64,000 bases of DNA from Perkinsus chesapeaki ATCC PRA-425 (lineage: Eukaryota > Protista > Perkinsozoa), in NCBI GenBank assembly GCA_013115145.1, contig JAAPAO010000019.1, positions 70,936 through 134,935 on the forward strand, written 5' to 3'. Under the pieces are notes generated by a model that saw only the letters and a list, made by a program, of their open reading frames with translations, did no database searches and was not told where the DNA came from. Both the position numbers and the translations under genes were made by a program. Position 1 is the first letter of the stretch; every line of letters begins with the position of its first letter. Of this stretch, positions 1-12,896 are shown piece after piece.

Positions 1-1435
1 AGAGTTCACCAGCGCCGACTTAGAGCCGGTCGCCGATTGCAGTGGTCTCGGTTGCTCGTGTACAGCAAGCAAGAGGAAAATGATGCTACGCATCGAATGC
101 GTCACAATCACAGTCAACTGTGTAATTTTTACAGTTGTAAACGATAAGATACAATAAGTTGCCAAGTCAACTTTAATAAGTGTCCGATAGTGGAGGTATA
201 CAAAATAACATAACGAGAGGATTGCAAGGGATGCCAAAGCCTTCCAAGTGTCATTTTGAACCACCATTAGACTGGAGTATATCAACTTGATCGAGGGCAA
301 TAGTCAATGCCTGCGCGAAGCACGGTGACGACCTTGGCCGGGCTTGCGTACCTTCGACAGTAATAAGCGAAGCGATGCTGAGCGAGACACCTACGTTTAA
401 TTCCATATAAGCCTGACCTTCGACCAGCTCCTCATCGGGATCGTCTGAAACGATATGATGTTATTTACGGACACTACAAGCCATACATCCCATATATGAT
501 ATATGGGATGGTCGGATAATGGGGATGATCTATAGATGGGATACATGCGTGTGGTCGCCTTTTGGGTGAGGAAAGGAAATTTCGGGGAAGGTTGGCAGAA
601 CTTTAGTCGACCTTTGTATGTTCCAGCCAGGACAATACCGACGAGGAATTTTCCTACTCAACGACAGACTAGCATCAGTCCCGTGAGTAGAACTTGAAGC
701 GCGCAACACTTAGGAAAAACGAAAAAACGTGCTCGGTTCATATCTTCAAAAAAGCACACGGAGATAACAGTGCTATTATAGCACATAGATGCCCAAGCAA
801 AACAGTTGATCGATCATTTGCCATGTTCTCATCAGTAATAATCAAATCAAAATAATGAGTCACAACCGATGAGGTTATCAACTCAATGTCAGCCAACATC
901 TCGCAATTAGCGAGATAGACCTGACAAGGCTGTTGCGGCAGGTGTAACACGTCATCTGACGCAGCCATGAACCACTGCGGTTAAGCACCACCACGCCTGC
1001 CAGGCGTCGCCTGGCACAGCCATAATTCCTCCGCCGTGCAGCCAATCGACTGGGTTACTAGTTGCTCCCACATACTTTAAAATTCCTCTCCGCACTAAAC
1101 CCCCCCTCCAACTTTCTGAAAATCCCCTCCTTCTGCGACCCTTAGACCCATATTTGAATAGTATGAAATGTATGGCGCCCTTGCTGCGACCGACCATGAC
1201 AATACTGAGTAATCCACGTTCCAGTCTAACCAATTGACACCTTATAGTAACATGTTGATGAGCGGCCGGTCAACTCCACTGCCCGAGTCTCACGAGCCTC
1301 AACACCGAGAAAACCCAAGAAACAAGTTCACAGGTGGACCATAGGTATCGCCACGTGAGACTATCCCTACGGTTCTGACCCGCCCACGTCAGAAGCCCCG
1401 TGCCTATATGGGGCGCCCGTCCTCGACATTTTCTG

Positions 1436-2287
1436 TTACTTCCTGCGCACCCGAGAGGGTTTGCCGGACTTAACATTCCATGCATGTACTCTAGCACAAT
1501 GGTTCTGCAGACTTTTATACACACTGTATTGCTTGTTTTTACTCAAGCAATTGGAAAAAGGACATCTAAAGGGACCAATACCCTGAGGTACTGTTAGCAA
1601 CCTGGAATCACCAACTAAGGGGCTTTTTGGGATAGATGTCCCCACACGATCTCGACTCACAGAGCTATTTACTAGTTCTACGCTGGGTCTTTCGATGGGG
1701 TCAGCGTCAGGGACTTCTGACCTACTACTGACAATGTCAGTAGCACCTGCCGTGCTGATTGAGTCGAGGGGCTCGATGCCATGCCCGCTAGCGGATGTTT
1801 CCGTATTCGGTGAAAGACTCGGAAAGTCGGGGTGACACTTGTGAAGGTGTCTCCTCAACCAACCTACTGTCTTATACCTTCTCCTACATCCTGAGACGGG
1901 ACAGAGATGAGGATTTGAGTCCTCATCATCCGCGTTGTCTCCTGGGGCGGGTCTAAGCGGGATCACTATTCCAAAAACAGCAGCCACAACTAACTGTGAT
2001 AGTAATCCCAAAGAGGGAGTTATTCCCGCCCCCGGGAGACTCGGTGATGTGGCCTAGACCTCCGCGGAAGTCTCTGCCAGGTGAATGTTGCCACAATTGT
2101 GCAGCGGAAACCCCCCAAGGCTAGACCGGAGGGCCTCCGGGGGAGGCTGGACATTTATAGGTGCGCTTAGCCGTTTGCACCCCCAAAGGTTAACATTGCA
2201 GAAGGCCACATTAGAGGGTGTCGGGGGGGGGCACTGTCGGCGACCTTGGACATTACCTAGGCGCCCTGGTGAACGCCTATAGAACAC
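1436..2287 (-). pseudogene. Reading frame with two C2H2 zinc fingers, interrupted by a stop; possibly a decayed retroelement ORF
   Basis: CPVSGCRRRYKTVGWLRRHLHKCH and CPFSNCLSKNKQYSVYKSLQNHCARVH in ORF 1436..2011. ORF 2054..2287 is in the same frame, separated by one TAG at 2054-2056. No ATG at the annotated start (TTG). The retroelement origin is inference only. Confidence 0.45.
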
Positions 2288-2812
2288 TTAACACTCCAGC
2301 CTTGGCTGCTGAGACAGCGAAAAACTTGGCCCTGGGATAGTCGGCAAATGTAGTACATCGGAGGTCCCGATTCGGCGCAAAACCACTCTATTAGAGGACG
2401 CAAAGTCCTGACAGGTATTGCGCCCAATGCCGGTCCTGTATCTCTGTATCTCTCGTGGTATTGGGCCACGAGGTATGGCTGAGCCGCCGCCACCAAAAAT
2501 CCACCCGCACAGCCATTCGCGTGCGATAAAGCTTGAGCGAATACCATCATGGCCCTATTCAACGCAGCTTGACTAACACGTTACGACAGAACGATAGAAG
2601 GCACTAGTCCTGGAGGGAGTTAATGATAACCATCCTTATTTCCAGCGTTTCAACCGGTTACTTGCGCATTTGTCTTTGGACATGACTTCTGAGCCGTGAG
2701 GAAACATGTCAAGGTTACAGAACTGAAAACTACGTATGTCAAAAGATATCACCGCGCAGCAGGTAGTTGCTGAGAATGTGTTGTCGCCACACTGTTGCGC
2801 AGTGTAAATATG

Positions 2813-3460
2813 TTAAGGCGGAGGAATTCTATAATAAAACTCCTCCGCTTGTTTTTGTAGGCATTTGGCGGGCATTTTATTCTCGCAGTGAGGAAGCCTA
2901 GTATCTTCCATCTCCGCAATACAGGCATCAGTGGAAAGTTGCACGGCGGACCTACTTTGAGTTATCATATAAATTTTCTTGAATCCAAGCTTCTTATAGA
3001 ATTTGATCGCCGCTGGGAGGCTCGAAAGAGTGACGATGTCGACATTAGGATTCGCCTTGCATGAATCCTTCACCCACTTCATAACAAACGTGCCCATGCC
3101 CTGAAACCAATATCCGATATTGAATATCGTGGCGCGCGGTCATGTCTAGCCTACCTTCCCGCGCATGGTCTTGGGAACGGCTAATTTGGCAATACTAAAA
3201 GCCCTGCGATCGTTGACAAATTTATAGACAATAAATGCACAGAGCTGATCGCCGTTGGCCAAGATGGAGAGCTTCCAAGGAGACCTTCCGGAGATCTTGT
3301 CGAGGCAGTTCTCACCTTCAAACTCAGTCTCAGAAAGGTCTCTAACCTGATATCAAATCAGCGTTGGATTATCTATTAGGCCTTATCAATTGCTTAACAA
3401 ACTACTCTCAATATGTGCGCTGCTTTGGGCGAAGGGAACAAAAGTAGTCTTGATTTTCAT
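2813..3460 (-). CDS. GNAT-family N-acetyltransferase (multi-exon)
   Basis: Spliced translation ...LCAFIVYKFVNDRRAFSIAKLAVPKTMRGK|GMGTFVMKWVKDSC...VTLSSLPAAIKFYKKLGF contains GNAT motif A (RGKGMG) and motif B (AIKFYKKLGF), with a GT-AG intron at ~3101-3154. 5' end uncertain. Confidence 0.85.
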
Positions 3461-6400
3461 CGCATTTTTTACTTGCCACGAAAACACCTTGGTGAGTACA
3501 TTTTTAACTCTATTGGTGCTGCAAATACGTACGTGGAAAATATCAAAGTGAATATGACAAGTGAGAATTTCTGCACGATTCTCGCATTTCACCCAACTCG
3601 CAGATCAGAAGCGTCCACGACACAGAACTCTACAGTTCGGCAAATTCCCCCCTCCCCCCGCTATTCCTATGAAGCAACGAATAGCTCCACAACCCAAACG
3701 AGAGATGCTACTAGGACAACAGTCCGCTGCAGGAATGTATAAAGCACTTACCTGAGCTAGCAACTTGACCATAATAGGGTCAGCTCTAGTGGCAGCCTTG
3801 TGAGGATACACAGAGTGATACCATTTCGGAGAGAACAGCCCTCCATTCTCAATCGTAGAGGGACAGGCATTTGATTGAGCTTTCGGCTCATCGACCTCGA
3901 GAGCACGAGGGGTAGGAGATACGATGACGTTGTTGGATTTGGTAGTATTGCACATGGTCGGATTACGTAATGGAATACAAAAGGATAATAAAGGAAAGAA
4001 TAGTAAACTGTAGAGGGAACCGAGTTAGGACTTGCGATTACACTGATATTGAATACACAGATAAACGGCAATGTACAGTGAATACAAGGACAAGTAAGTC
4101 AGCTAAGTCGAGTACGTCAGCATCTTATGAAATGCGCCAAAGCAAAGGAATTAGGAACAAACATATGACTCATATGATACGAGTAAATGCCTTCCATGGA
4201 TTCAGGAAGATGTTTCCCTCCCTCCCCCTCCGCAACCCAACATCAACGATCCAAGAGAAGCTATATCATGCTCATGATCGCACCATTTGATGATGGCTCC
4301 TCACATACCTCTACCGAGGGTGAGCACGTGGATGCCATACCCGAGAGGGGTACTTCTGAGCTCACCTGAGAATCCTTAGGTACCGTAGATTCCATGGTAT
4401 AGTGGTATTCAACAGATATACATACATACTGAAGCTCCTCATTCTATCGTTTTTGTATCAGAATCCTTCCACATAGCAACCAGATATTCTCAAGCTGTTA
4501 AGTTTACGCTGTATACGGTAACACTTCGCGAAGGAATTTCAGTGCTACTACAGAAGCTCACAACAACCTAGGCGAGTTCAGAGCTGAAACTTCGGGGGCT
4601 GGTGGATTAGACTGTTGGTATATCTGTGCCTCCATGCATGTTTACGCGTCAATATGGTATATATGCCAACGAAAGCTTGAAGAGCGGAACTATACCAACG
4701 ATAACCGTTGAGTGTCCCTTTACGATTCCCCGCCACTTCTTCATACCGAAAAGCGTTATTAAGGTTTTTATGGTACCACACAACAGCAGTGGATTTACAA
4801 GCCCCTACCTGCTCCTGCTGCAATTCTGCACTACACGTGCTGACGTGATTTTCTACTCCTTGCTCACCACACTAAAAATGACTAATGACGAATATTTGCC
4901 TTCTAACTTACCCGTATAGATGCCTTGATAATCTCTTCAATGAAGTTCTCCTACCAGAGAGGCTCTCAGCGTGTAAACGACCATTGAAGTTAATCCTTCG
5001 CCGAAAGCGTGAGAAATAAGGCAATTTTCCCCCCGACATGGACATGCCGGCGGCCGAGTGAACTCGATATATACGCAAGCGTAGTAGACGGACTTAAGTA
5101 CGTCATTGAGAGCCAAGCTAAGTCGAGTTCCAAGGCTGGAACCAAAACACACATTTCGGTAAACAAATACATGACATATATCGAGGGCTGCCTACATTAG
5201 ACAGGTTGAGGAGGCCTCTTCTGGTAGTGCTTAACACATCATCAAGCAGTTCATCTACCTTGCTATCTTCCCTACTGACCCTGAGAGCCAAGCTCAGGTA
5301 TGTGCAGCACCAGTAGTAGTAGTGCTACCCCTTATCGTAGCGCTCGAGCCTCCAACTATTGCTGACTAGTGCTACCAGAGCGTCTGGAAGGTGTAAGTGT
5401 TCAATGCCATCTGAAGATTCTCTAGCGATTTCACGGCTATAAGCTAACGGCACTTGAAATGACAGGTACGATCAGAACATCAAGTCCTTTGGACACCGAT
5501 CGACAACAACTAAATGGTAACCTGAGATCCACCAATGCGTGCCAAGCAGTGCCGGCGTACAATCGATGCCGCGTGAGCCTTCTGCATAGCCATTTAGCGT
5601 TAGGCAGTAAACTGAGCATTGTGTGCTCTGTCCCCTTATTGTCATCACGATCAGTTTCAGCTCCTGTCGTGCTGCATATGGCTTTCTTAGGTATCAAGGT
5701 TACCTGTAATGCCAGGAACGAACTGAACAATTGAAATTAAAATTGTTTCCTTTGGCCAGTTGTTCAGCCTATCAGAAAGCTAACCGCGCTTTAAATTCTT
5801 GAAGGAGAGGCTGTCAAAGGCCCGCCGTCTAGCCTGCGATGCATACCGGCTGCACTCCTAAATGGTCATACCATTGAGTTGCCTCAATAACTATCTCGAA
5901 AATTCCAAATATATCATAGACGGAATTGAAAGTGGCATCTTTTCCCATGAGAAGCGACGCGGGGAGTGTCACCACCTTACACTGTGCTTCTGGCGATCTA
6001 GATCGTTCTTGGTGAAGAAGAATCCACCAATAGCCAACCACGGTGCTGAGACGGCTAGTGATAGTCAAGACAATCGTTTGGATAAAGAATCGATGAGAAG
6101 CAACAAGGACAAGAAGACTCCAAATCGGCAACTAGTGAGCACCCACTGGTCTGGTCTTGGCGTTTGAGTTCAGATGAGACAGCACCGCCACCGCCACGGG
6201 GGCGCTGTATGACCTAGTGAAAACTACGTTGCTGATAAATGTTCGGATGGTACGTTTAAAATAAATTGGGAGTCAACGTGAAGGGTGAGATGGATTAAAG
6301 CAGAATCTGTAACATGCAAGAATACAAGAGCATCTTCGTGTTCGTCCGTGCAAGCCTTTACAGCTTCACGGGAGCCTGGCATTTTATAGACAACTGGAGG

Positions 6401-6872
6401 CAAATGTCAGTATGGCGTAGTCGTTGCTATTAGAGCTCTGCTGAACACAGAGTGCCATTTCATCAGTGTTAAAATACCTGGCCTCTTCAGTTTGAAATAC
6501 ATTATGCTTGTCGTCGTCATAAACCCGCGCAGCGCCGAAAAACGTAAAGAGCTCTTCGGAGACCCCCAATCTTCACAACCACTATAAGAGAACCGCAACA
6601 ATGGTTGGACCGAATATAACACTGGCTAATGCTCAGAGATTCATCTAGCCCCACCCAGATGTGTTCCTACTATAAATACATATAATGGAGACTAGCTAGA
6701 TAATATACTCATGAGAAATCATCCAGTGCATTTTTACTAACAACGTTTGCTGTTCCTGTATGACGCCCTGCTACTGACAGCGAGTTCCTTGAAGCAAACG
6801 CAATGAGAAGGTAGTGGTAGGCTACGATCAAAAGGAAACTAGTCACAGCTAATCATGAGTCTAATTCAATCT

Positions 6873-7943
6873 TCACACAATCGTCCGTGGCCCCTGCAGC
6901 CACACTGCCAAGTCCCGGAGGGTTATGGCACGACGGCCCTCACAAAGGGCATTGAAAATGAGGTTCACTTCTTCTGGGGCGAAAACTATTCCCGCACTGT
7001 TTCCTGAAAAAAGTCGCTGCCAGGAATCGAACCTGTGCGGCCTCACGTGCAATGCTGTTGAACTCCTCGGGAGTTAGGCCGTCTGCTGGATTGGCCAATG
7101 CATAGTTCTTATATAACATAGACAACTGCTCAGGACTCTGCACTGCCAGCTTATGAGCAACCTGTCAGAATGTGACGCTGACAGTCACAAATAAGACCGT
7201 ACCAAATTCAGAGCTCGAGTCTTGGATAGACCAACAGAAGCTCCTGCGCAACCGACGAGGAAGATACCAGGGCCGAGGATGAGACCGGCAAAGGGCCAGA
7301 CGTCGTTAGTCCAGAGGGCAATGAAGACGTGTATCCCGAGAAAAACATACCTGCTTGAAAATGCCCCTCCCGAGGATCGAACCTGCGCCGTACCAAAGCC
7401 CCTTGCCAGTAAGCCTGGTGAGAAACCGGACGTAACGATTGACGAAGGCCTGGTACTCTTGCAGCTGAAAAATAAAATAACCGAGTTAAATTTGAGATTG
7501 ATAACTCCTTTCGGTTTCACTGGTGCATCGACAACAAGCATGATGAGACCGAACGCCAAGAGGTAAATGTCATCTGTCAAGTCGAATGGGGCGAACTCGG
7601 TGAATGCAGTCGAAAGCGTCGCGGAAATACCAGCAATAACAGTGCCTGCGAGAAGAAATCGATGTGAACGAACACACGCCAAATCTGAAGGTTACGGATG
7701 TACGAAGGATAAACTGCCAGAACATTCTTCGTGAACGGAAGCTCTTCATCTTCTTAGAAGACTCAGAACTTCCGAGTCGGGAGCTTCCGACTTGAAACCC
7801 AGTCTTCTAAGAAGTTTGCTGCCTCCGCGATGATTCAAGAGTCTACTGAGAGCTATCATGAAGAGCCTCAACCCACCTAAGGCGGCGAAAAAGAATGCCA
7901 TCTCCAGTTTCTGCAAAGCCGCACCTGCGGGAGTGCCAACCGC
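6873..7943 (-). CDS. COPI-associated (TVP15-like) multi-pass membrane protein with EF-hand-like C-terminus
   Basis: Hydrophobic segments MAFFFAALG|TVIAGISATL, DIYLLAFGLIMLVVD and YVFLGIHVFIALW. C-terminal LYKNYALANPADGLTPEEFNSIAR|NSAGIVFAPEEVNLIFNAL...DLAVWL*. The family call is from recalled alveolate homologs, and the first exon was not located. Confidence 0.6.
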
Positions 7944-9047
7944 CTAACAAAAGGGAGTTGTGGCGGTCAGGGAATGTAGCATCGCTAAAACACCCTCTTC
8001 GAGAGGTTTATCTATATAAATACCGTTGCTTGATACTAGTTCAATATCTCAAACTGGAATAGTCCTATAATGCATTGTATCCATTAATGAACGCCTAATT
8101 GACCACCGCCTATACACGGGTAGAATCTAATGAAGATAAGGTGTCCAATTCTGTCAACGCTTAACGGAGCATAGCAGTCGGTTCCCTAGGCTGCAGGGAG
8201 GAGCTCAAAAATAGTTCCTGTAGAGATGTCTGAATGATTTCTTACTATTATTATATATAATGTAGTTGATAATGATTATGCTGTCAAATGGTGAAAAAAA
8301 TTAAATGCATTCTCTCCGTTCCCGTATTCGTAAACAGAGCTACTGACCATTGGAGCAGGAAATCCCTGACCGAACGGCTGAGCCGCCATCAGTGGCTGAT
8401 TCTCCCCCACTTGATGCTGTTGCGGCATATCCAATAAAACTAACCCTCGCCGCCTCACCAAGGTAGAACGCAAAGCCTTGTGGCTCGGAAACGACAAAGC
8501 AATCATGTTGAATCCACACGTTTAGTGCCCCTCATCTCAAGCGTTGAGTAAATGGATCCGCTAAAGGCACCTTGAAGGACGTTCGCCTCCGTAAGCTTGG
8601 GGGCTACAGTGGGAGGCTGCACTGTTATAGGGGGGAGAGGGTGAACGGGCCGACTCTAGCACACAAAAACATGACACACTGGGAAGATGCGGAAAGCCAG
8701 TAAACCATCTCGGACAAAAACGACAACGCAAGTAAGCCTACCGCGCCCTCTATAGCTGCCATAAGGCACTCTAAGCTGTGCGGCGAGAACTGCTTCTCCA
8801 GCAGTTGACCTCGAAGTAGTTCTCCTAAAAGGCCTTCTGTGACCGGTGGGGTGTTGTAAACACTATTGGTGCGGCCCTTTCCTGTGGCACGAAGGCGACC
8901 TGGAAGAGAAGTATGGCAGCCATGCTTTTCTATGTTTCCAAGCTTCCCTGAATGCACCTCTGACTATATTGATAACGTCAAACAATAAACACTCAGCATC
9001 CATCTTCTAGACTGCTGCTGGTGCTGCTGCCTAGCCACTACTTTGCA

Positions 9048-11442
9048 CTATACCTCACCCAGCCTCCGGCGCATACTAGCCAGAATCAACCGTCCAAGGT
9101 TCCCCGGAATGCGCATCACCACTGACAAAGTCTCCAACTATTTTATGGGAGCCTCGAAAGGCCTTACGACACCCCGCCACAAAGTTGGTAATGGAAAAGA
9201 TATTATAAACCGTTATCGATCACCTACACACTGTAGTGTAGCTACTTACTCAATAAGGAACTAGCTCTCATATGCGCAAACAGATATCCAAGTTTCTCAG
9301 TAGCACCCTCCGAAACAGCCCACATGCCAGCCTCAGCTGATAGCGGATGATAGGTCGGCGCCAGCTCTACTGGGGAAAACCTGCAAATGCATTTCAATGG
9401 AGCGTTACGAGCAGATAGGAGAAGCTCACGCTCTAGCAACGTCCTTGGCTTTATTGCGAAGATCTTCTACAGTGGCGGTGTCGGGGTCGAAATCACCAGA
9501 ATGCAAGACGCATATTATGGCTATTTCTCGAAGGGCCCTGAGGCGAATAAATTATACAACAAACATTGGTATCGAAGTTTATTGCGATAAAGTAGAGAAA
9601 TGGAATTAAACACTCCCCCTCAGTGGACGACGCTTTATAGAGTAAGTTTTGTTCCACGTGTAGCTGAACATTCAGTATTTAAGACAACAATCAGGAGACG
9701 AAGAGGAGCTAACAGACGCTCACATAATGCTGCTGCTTACCAGACATAAAAATATACATCTCGCCTCACCGATCGTATCTCATGTTCGCTGGGGACCCTG
9801 CCGCCGTCACGCGCCATATAACGTATAACCTAGTGAAGAGGCATCATCTACCGCAAGCATCTACACTACAATACATCAGAATCCAAGGCAGCCAGCTCCG
9901 CTAGGGAACCAGAGAGGGCTTTGGCGTCAAGAGGAAGATGCGCTGCTTTCTGATAGAAAAACCGTCTTTTCTACAACCCTCAACTCTACTTACTGTCTGA
10001 CCGAACAACATGTGCATCGCCGTCCCCATCTGATGGCCAAACGAAAGAACTTCCTCATAGTACAATTTCCTGATAACTTCGCTGGAAAATTCCAAGCAAC
10101 CGGAAATTACCGAACAACATTAACCTGCGGCCTGACGAAATTAAGTTCGGTGAAGACGTGACCATCACAAAGTGGCACCGTGCTGGCCAAACCCGTCTTA
10201 TACTTCTTACTGCGAGCAAACACTCTTACATACCTAAACGATGGATAATTTCACGGCGCGTGACGCTTCTATAAAACCTACCAATATCCAATATGCTCGT
10301 TAGTAGCAGCGTTCACCACATGCATTATCTGAAAAAGTCCTAAAAAAGGCGGAGCGAAGCAGCACAGCCCACCTTGACGTCTCTGTCCCAACCATCATGA
10401 CCGAAGGACACATTATCACTTTCATCAATCAAATTGACATTAAAAAGCTTCGAAGCCAATTCACTGTATCTTTTCAACGCCGGCCCAAATACCATGTACT
10501 CAGCCAGCTGCCTCTGAAGCCTATCTTGTCGGCACATAGTAACGTAAAACAGTTCATCGATTAAGTCGACATTGGCAGTGAGCGGTCCCTTTGCCTCCGG
10601 CACAACCTTCCCCGCCATTGCACCCAGCTTAAGTTGTTCCAATCTCTTCACAAAAGGCACCAACAACGGCAAACTGTCATTCCAGCAATGCTGCAGAACC
10701 CTCATCAAGTGCCCGTCATTATGGATGCCCAACTGAGCATTTTCCATCTCTCCCCAACTCCCAAAGCCCAACGATTCCGCCACTCTTTTCCTCGATTGCA
10801 ATACCGCCAGGATGCTCCGATCGTAAGATTCATTCTCATAAAAATGCCTGTGATAAGCATTAAATATAATTTCCCTAGTTTTCCTATTATGGCACTCGCC
10901 AACAACTCTATAATACGTGGCTCTATCAGCCTAAAATGGTAAATAAAAATCGCTTCGCTCCGCTAACCTACCCTTAAACAGTAACTATCCGTTCTATACC
11001 ATATCCTAAAGTACGCCATAGCATCTTCAGTGAGGCCGATGAGATCCTTCTTCCTATCAAATCGGCGTCCCTCCCCACCCGACAGCCCTCCTACTCACTT
11101 GAAATAATTTCGTTCGCCCTTCATTTTCTTGTACACAACTTTGTGTCCCTTTGCCATCGCCTTCAACAACTTCTTAGCATGCACCTTTGATTTCTCATCC
11201 AAGAGCAACTGAAATGACCGCGCGCCACGAAATTCATTCGGAAGGTCGATGATGGACAGTAGTACCTCGAGTAGACGAGTGCCGGTAAAATTGCCGATTT
11301 CGTCTTTGGATATTTTACCGGCTCGGAAGAGCTTCCGCGTCACGTCACAAGAATTTGATATCATCCAACCCGACCACAGACGAAGATAACGACCCCTGAG
11401 ACATGCAAACTGCAAAGCCAAGCAGATAACTACAGTGCGCAT
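9048..11442 (-). CDS. M3A (thimet oligopeptidase / MIP-like) peptidase homolog, predicted catalytically inactive
   Basis: Collinear M3 landmarks across exons: KKDLIGLTEDA, LQSRKRVAESLGFGSWGE, LAEYMVFGPALKRYSELASKLFNV...WDRDVKV, EEVLSFGHQMGTAMHMLF (HExxH position) and LPLDAKALSGSLAE. True start is probably further upstream. Confidence 0.75.
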
Positions 11443-11989
11443 GTCCTAATGAAAATACGACACAATGGCACAGTTGCTATTTAGCTGCTACAATATTGCA
11501 AGGCACACAAACACAACCAATACAAACGAAGGCCATCGTAGAAGTTTTGATCAACAACGGGCCATTAGTCGTTTTACAGTGAAGTCTCCCACGAGATACC
11601 AAAATGATGTGTATGTTATCAAACCGACAACATACAGCGGAGGAGGGATATTATGAGATTAAAAATAGCGGGGTAAAGACAATGCCAGGTATACTGGAGC
11701 TTTCTTAAGCCTGATTCCGATTAATTAAACGTTTGGACGTCGACGGGAGGTAGAACGTATTGATATAAGCAACAGGTTGCTCAAACGGTATACGAATTCT
11801 TGCTGACACTGTAAAACAAGTGGTTGATGCAGCCAGGGGAAAAGAAACGGCTACCGAGGACTCAATTATCAGAACAGTGATCCTAGTTAGACACACGCCC
11901 CGCTGATGAAACCAACGAACCGTTTCAGATTCTCTATAGTTCGAGTATTACTTCAACTTGTAGTCTTAATATAAGTACACATCAACCAA

Positions 11990-12594
11990 GGATGCTACAT
12001 AGTTTCCCGGCCATGTTTCCGACATGCGCACTGTTATTTCCGAGAGACCGCGAGCAAATATCCGGCACGTCCCAATTGGTGACCGGGAAATGGTGTAGTT
12101 TCCCCATTGCCACTCCATCCTTCAGTATTACCCTGATATAGCCGGCTCCGACACTGCCTGGGCCCTCTGAACGTGGTGCATAAACGTCAAATAACGTTGC
12201 TTTAATTCTTCATCTCCAACAGACTTCGCCAATGCCCTTCTGAGCGATAAATACCTGCAAAAAGGAGCTTTGGCCCGCTAGAAAATAGTATTACTTGACC
12301 AGCATTTTGCTACCGCTACGCATCTGTCGGAGATCCAGCGGCCCCTCGGTACGTTCGCCTCTGGCAAATGCAATGGCGTTAAGAATCGGGTTAAAAAACC
12401 GGATGCCAGGGAAGGCCACACGCATGCCTTTTTCCATCACAGGCATCCCCACTAAATAGAAGGTAGCTCCCACGAGGCCAGAGGCGCTTACATTTGTTCC
12501 GGATGACGCCATCACCAGGCTTGGCAGGATCGAAGCCCATTCGTTTAAGAGCCTTCTGTTGCTTCGATAAAGCCCTAGCGACTGCATCCCCCAT
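11990..12594 (-). CDS. Hypothetical spliced protein; possibly the 5' exons of the M3 homolog
   Basis: ATG at 12594: MGDAVARALSKQQKALKRMGFDPAKPGDGVIRNK|LGMPVMEKGMRVAFPGIRFFNP... joined by GT-AG introns. The downstream frame is ambiguous. Confidence 0.4.
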
Positions 12595-12896
12595 TTAAAA
12601 TAAACTGAATAGGACATTCATTCAATTGAAGTAAAATCCTGCAATATGAATTTTACAGGAAATTGCTGAAGGCGATTCCGAGAAAAGGAAATGCTTTACT
12701 GGAAAGCGCGAAGACCATACAAATGAATCAAACGGCGCCATCGCCGATGGCCCATCATAAATGTTTTCTTCGGAGCAAGTCACCGGGCGCGGCGATTATG
12801 TGCAATTGCGTTAAGGAAATGCAAGATAGGCAAGATTGCCAAGTATGCCATCCGAAGCTGTCTTCTGCTTTCGGCCATTGAATATTCCCTTCACTT

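Noticed and set aside
486-510. Short near-palindrome catccatatat-g-atatatgggatg
   Set aside because: Largely an AT dinucleotide run, low complexity, with no second copy.
2257-2330. SIGVHQGA resembling the RT motif GVxQG
   Set aside because: Followed by a stop, with no PLSP/YADD or upstream D..AF motif, and it lies on the wrong side of the zinc fingers for a CRE/R2 layout.
4187-6620. Exon-like frames and splice signals on both strands
   Set aside because: Probably one or more lineage-specific genes, but no consistent frame or family could be supported by eye.
8141-8156. Exact 16-mer gtgtccaattctgtca repeated at 38348-38363
   Set aside because: About one such match is expected by chance in a 64-kb self-comparison, and the flanks align only weakly.
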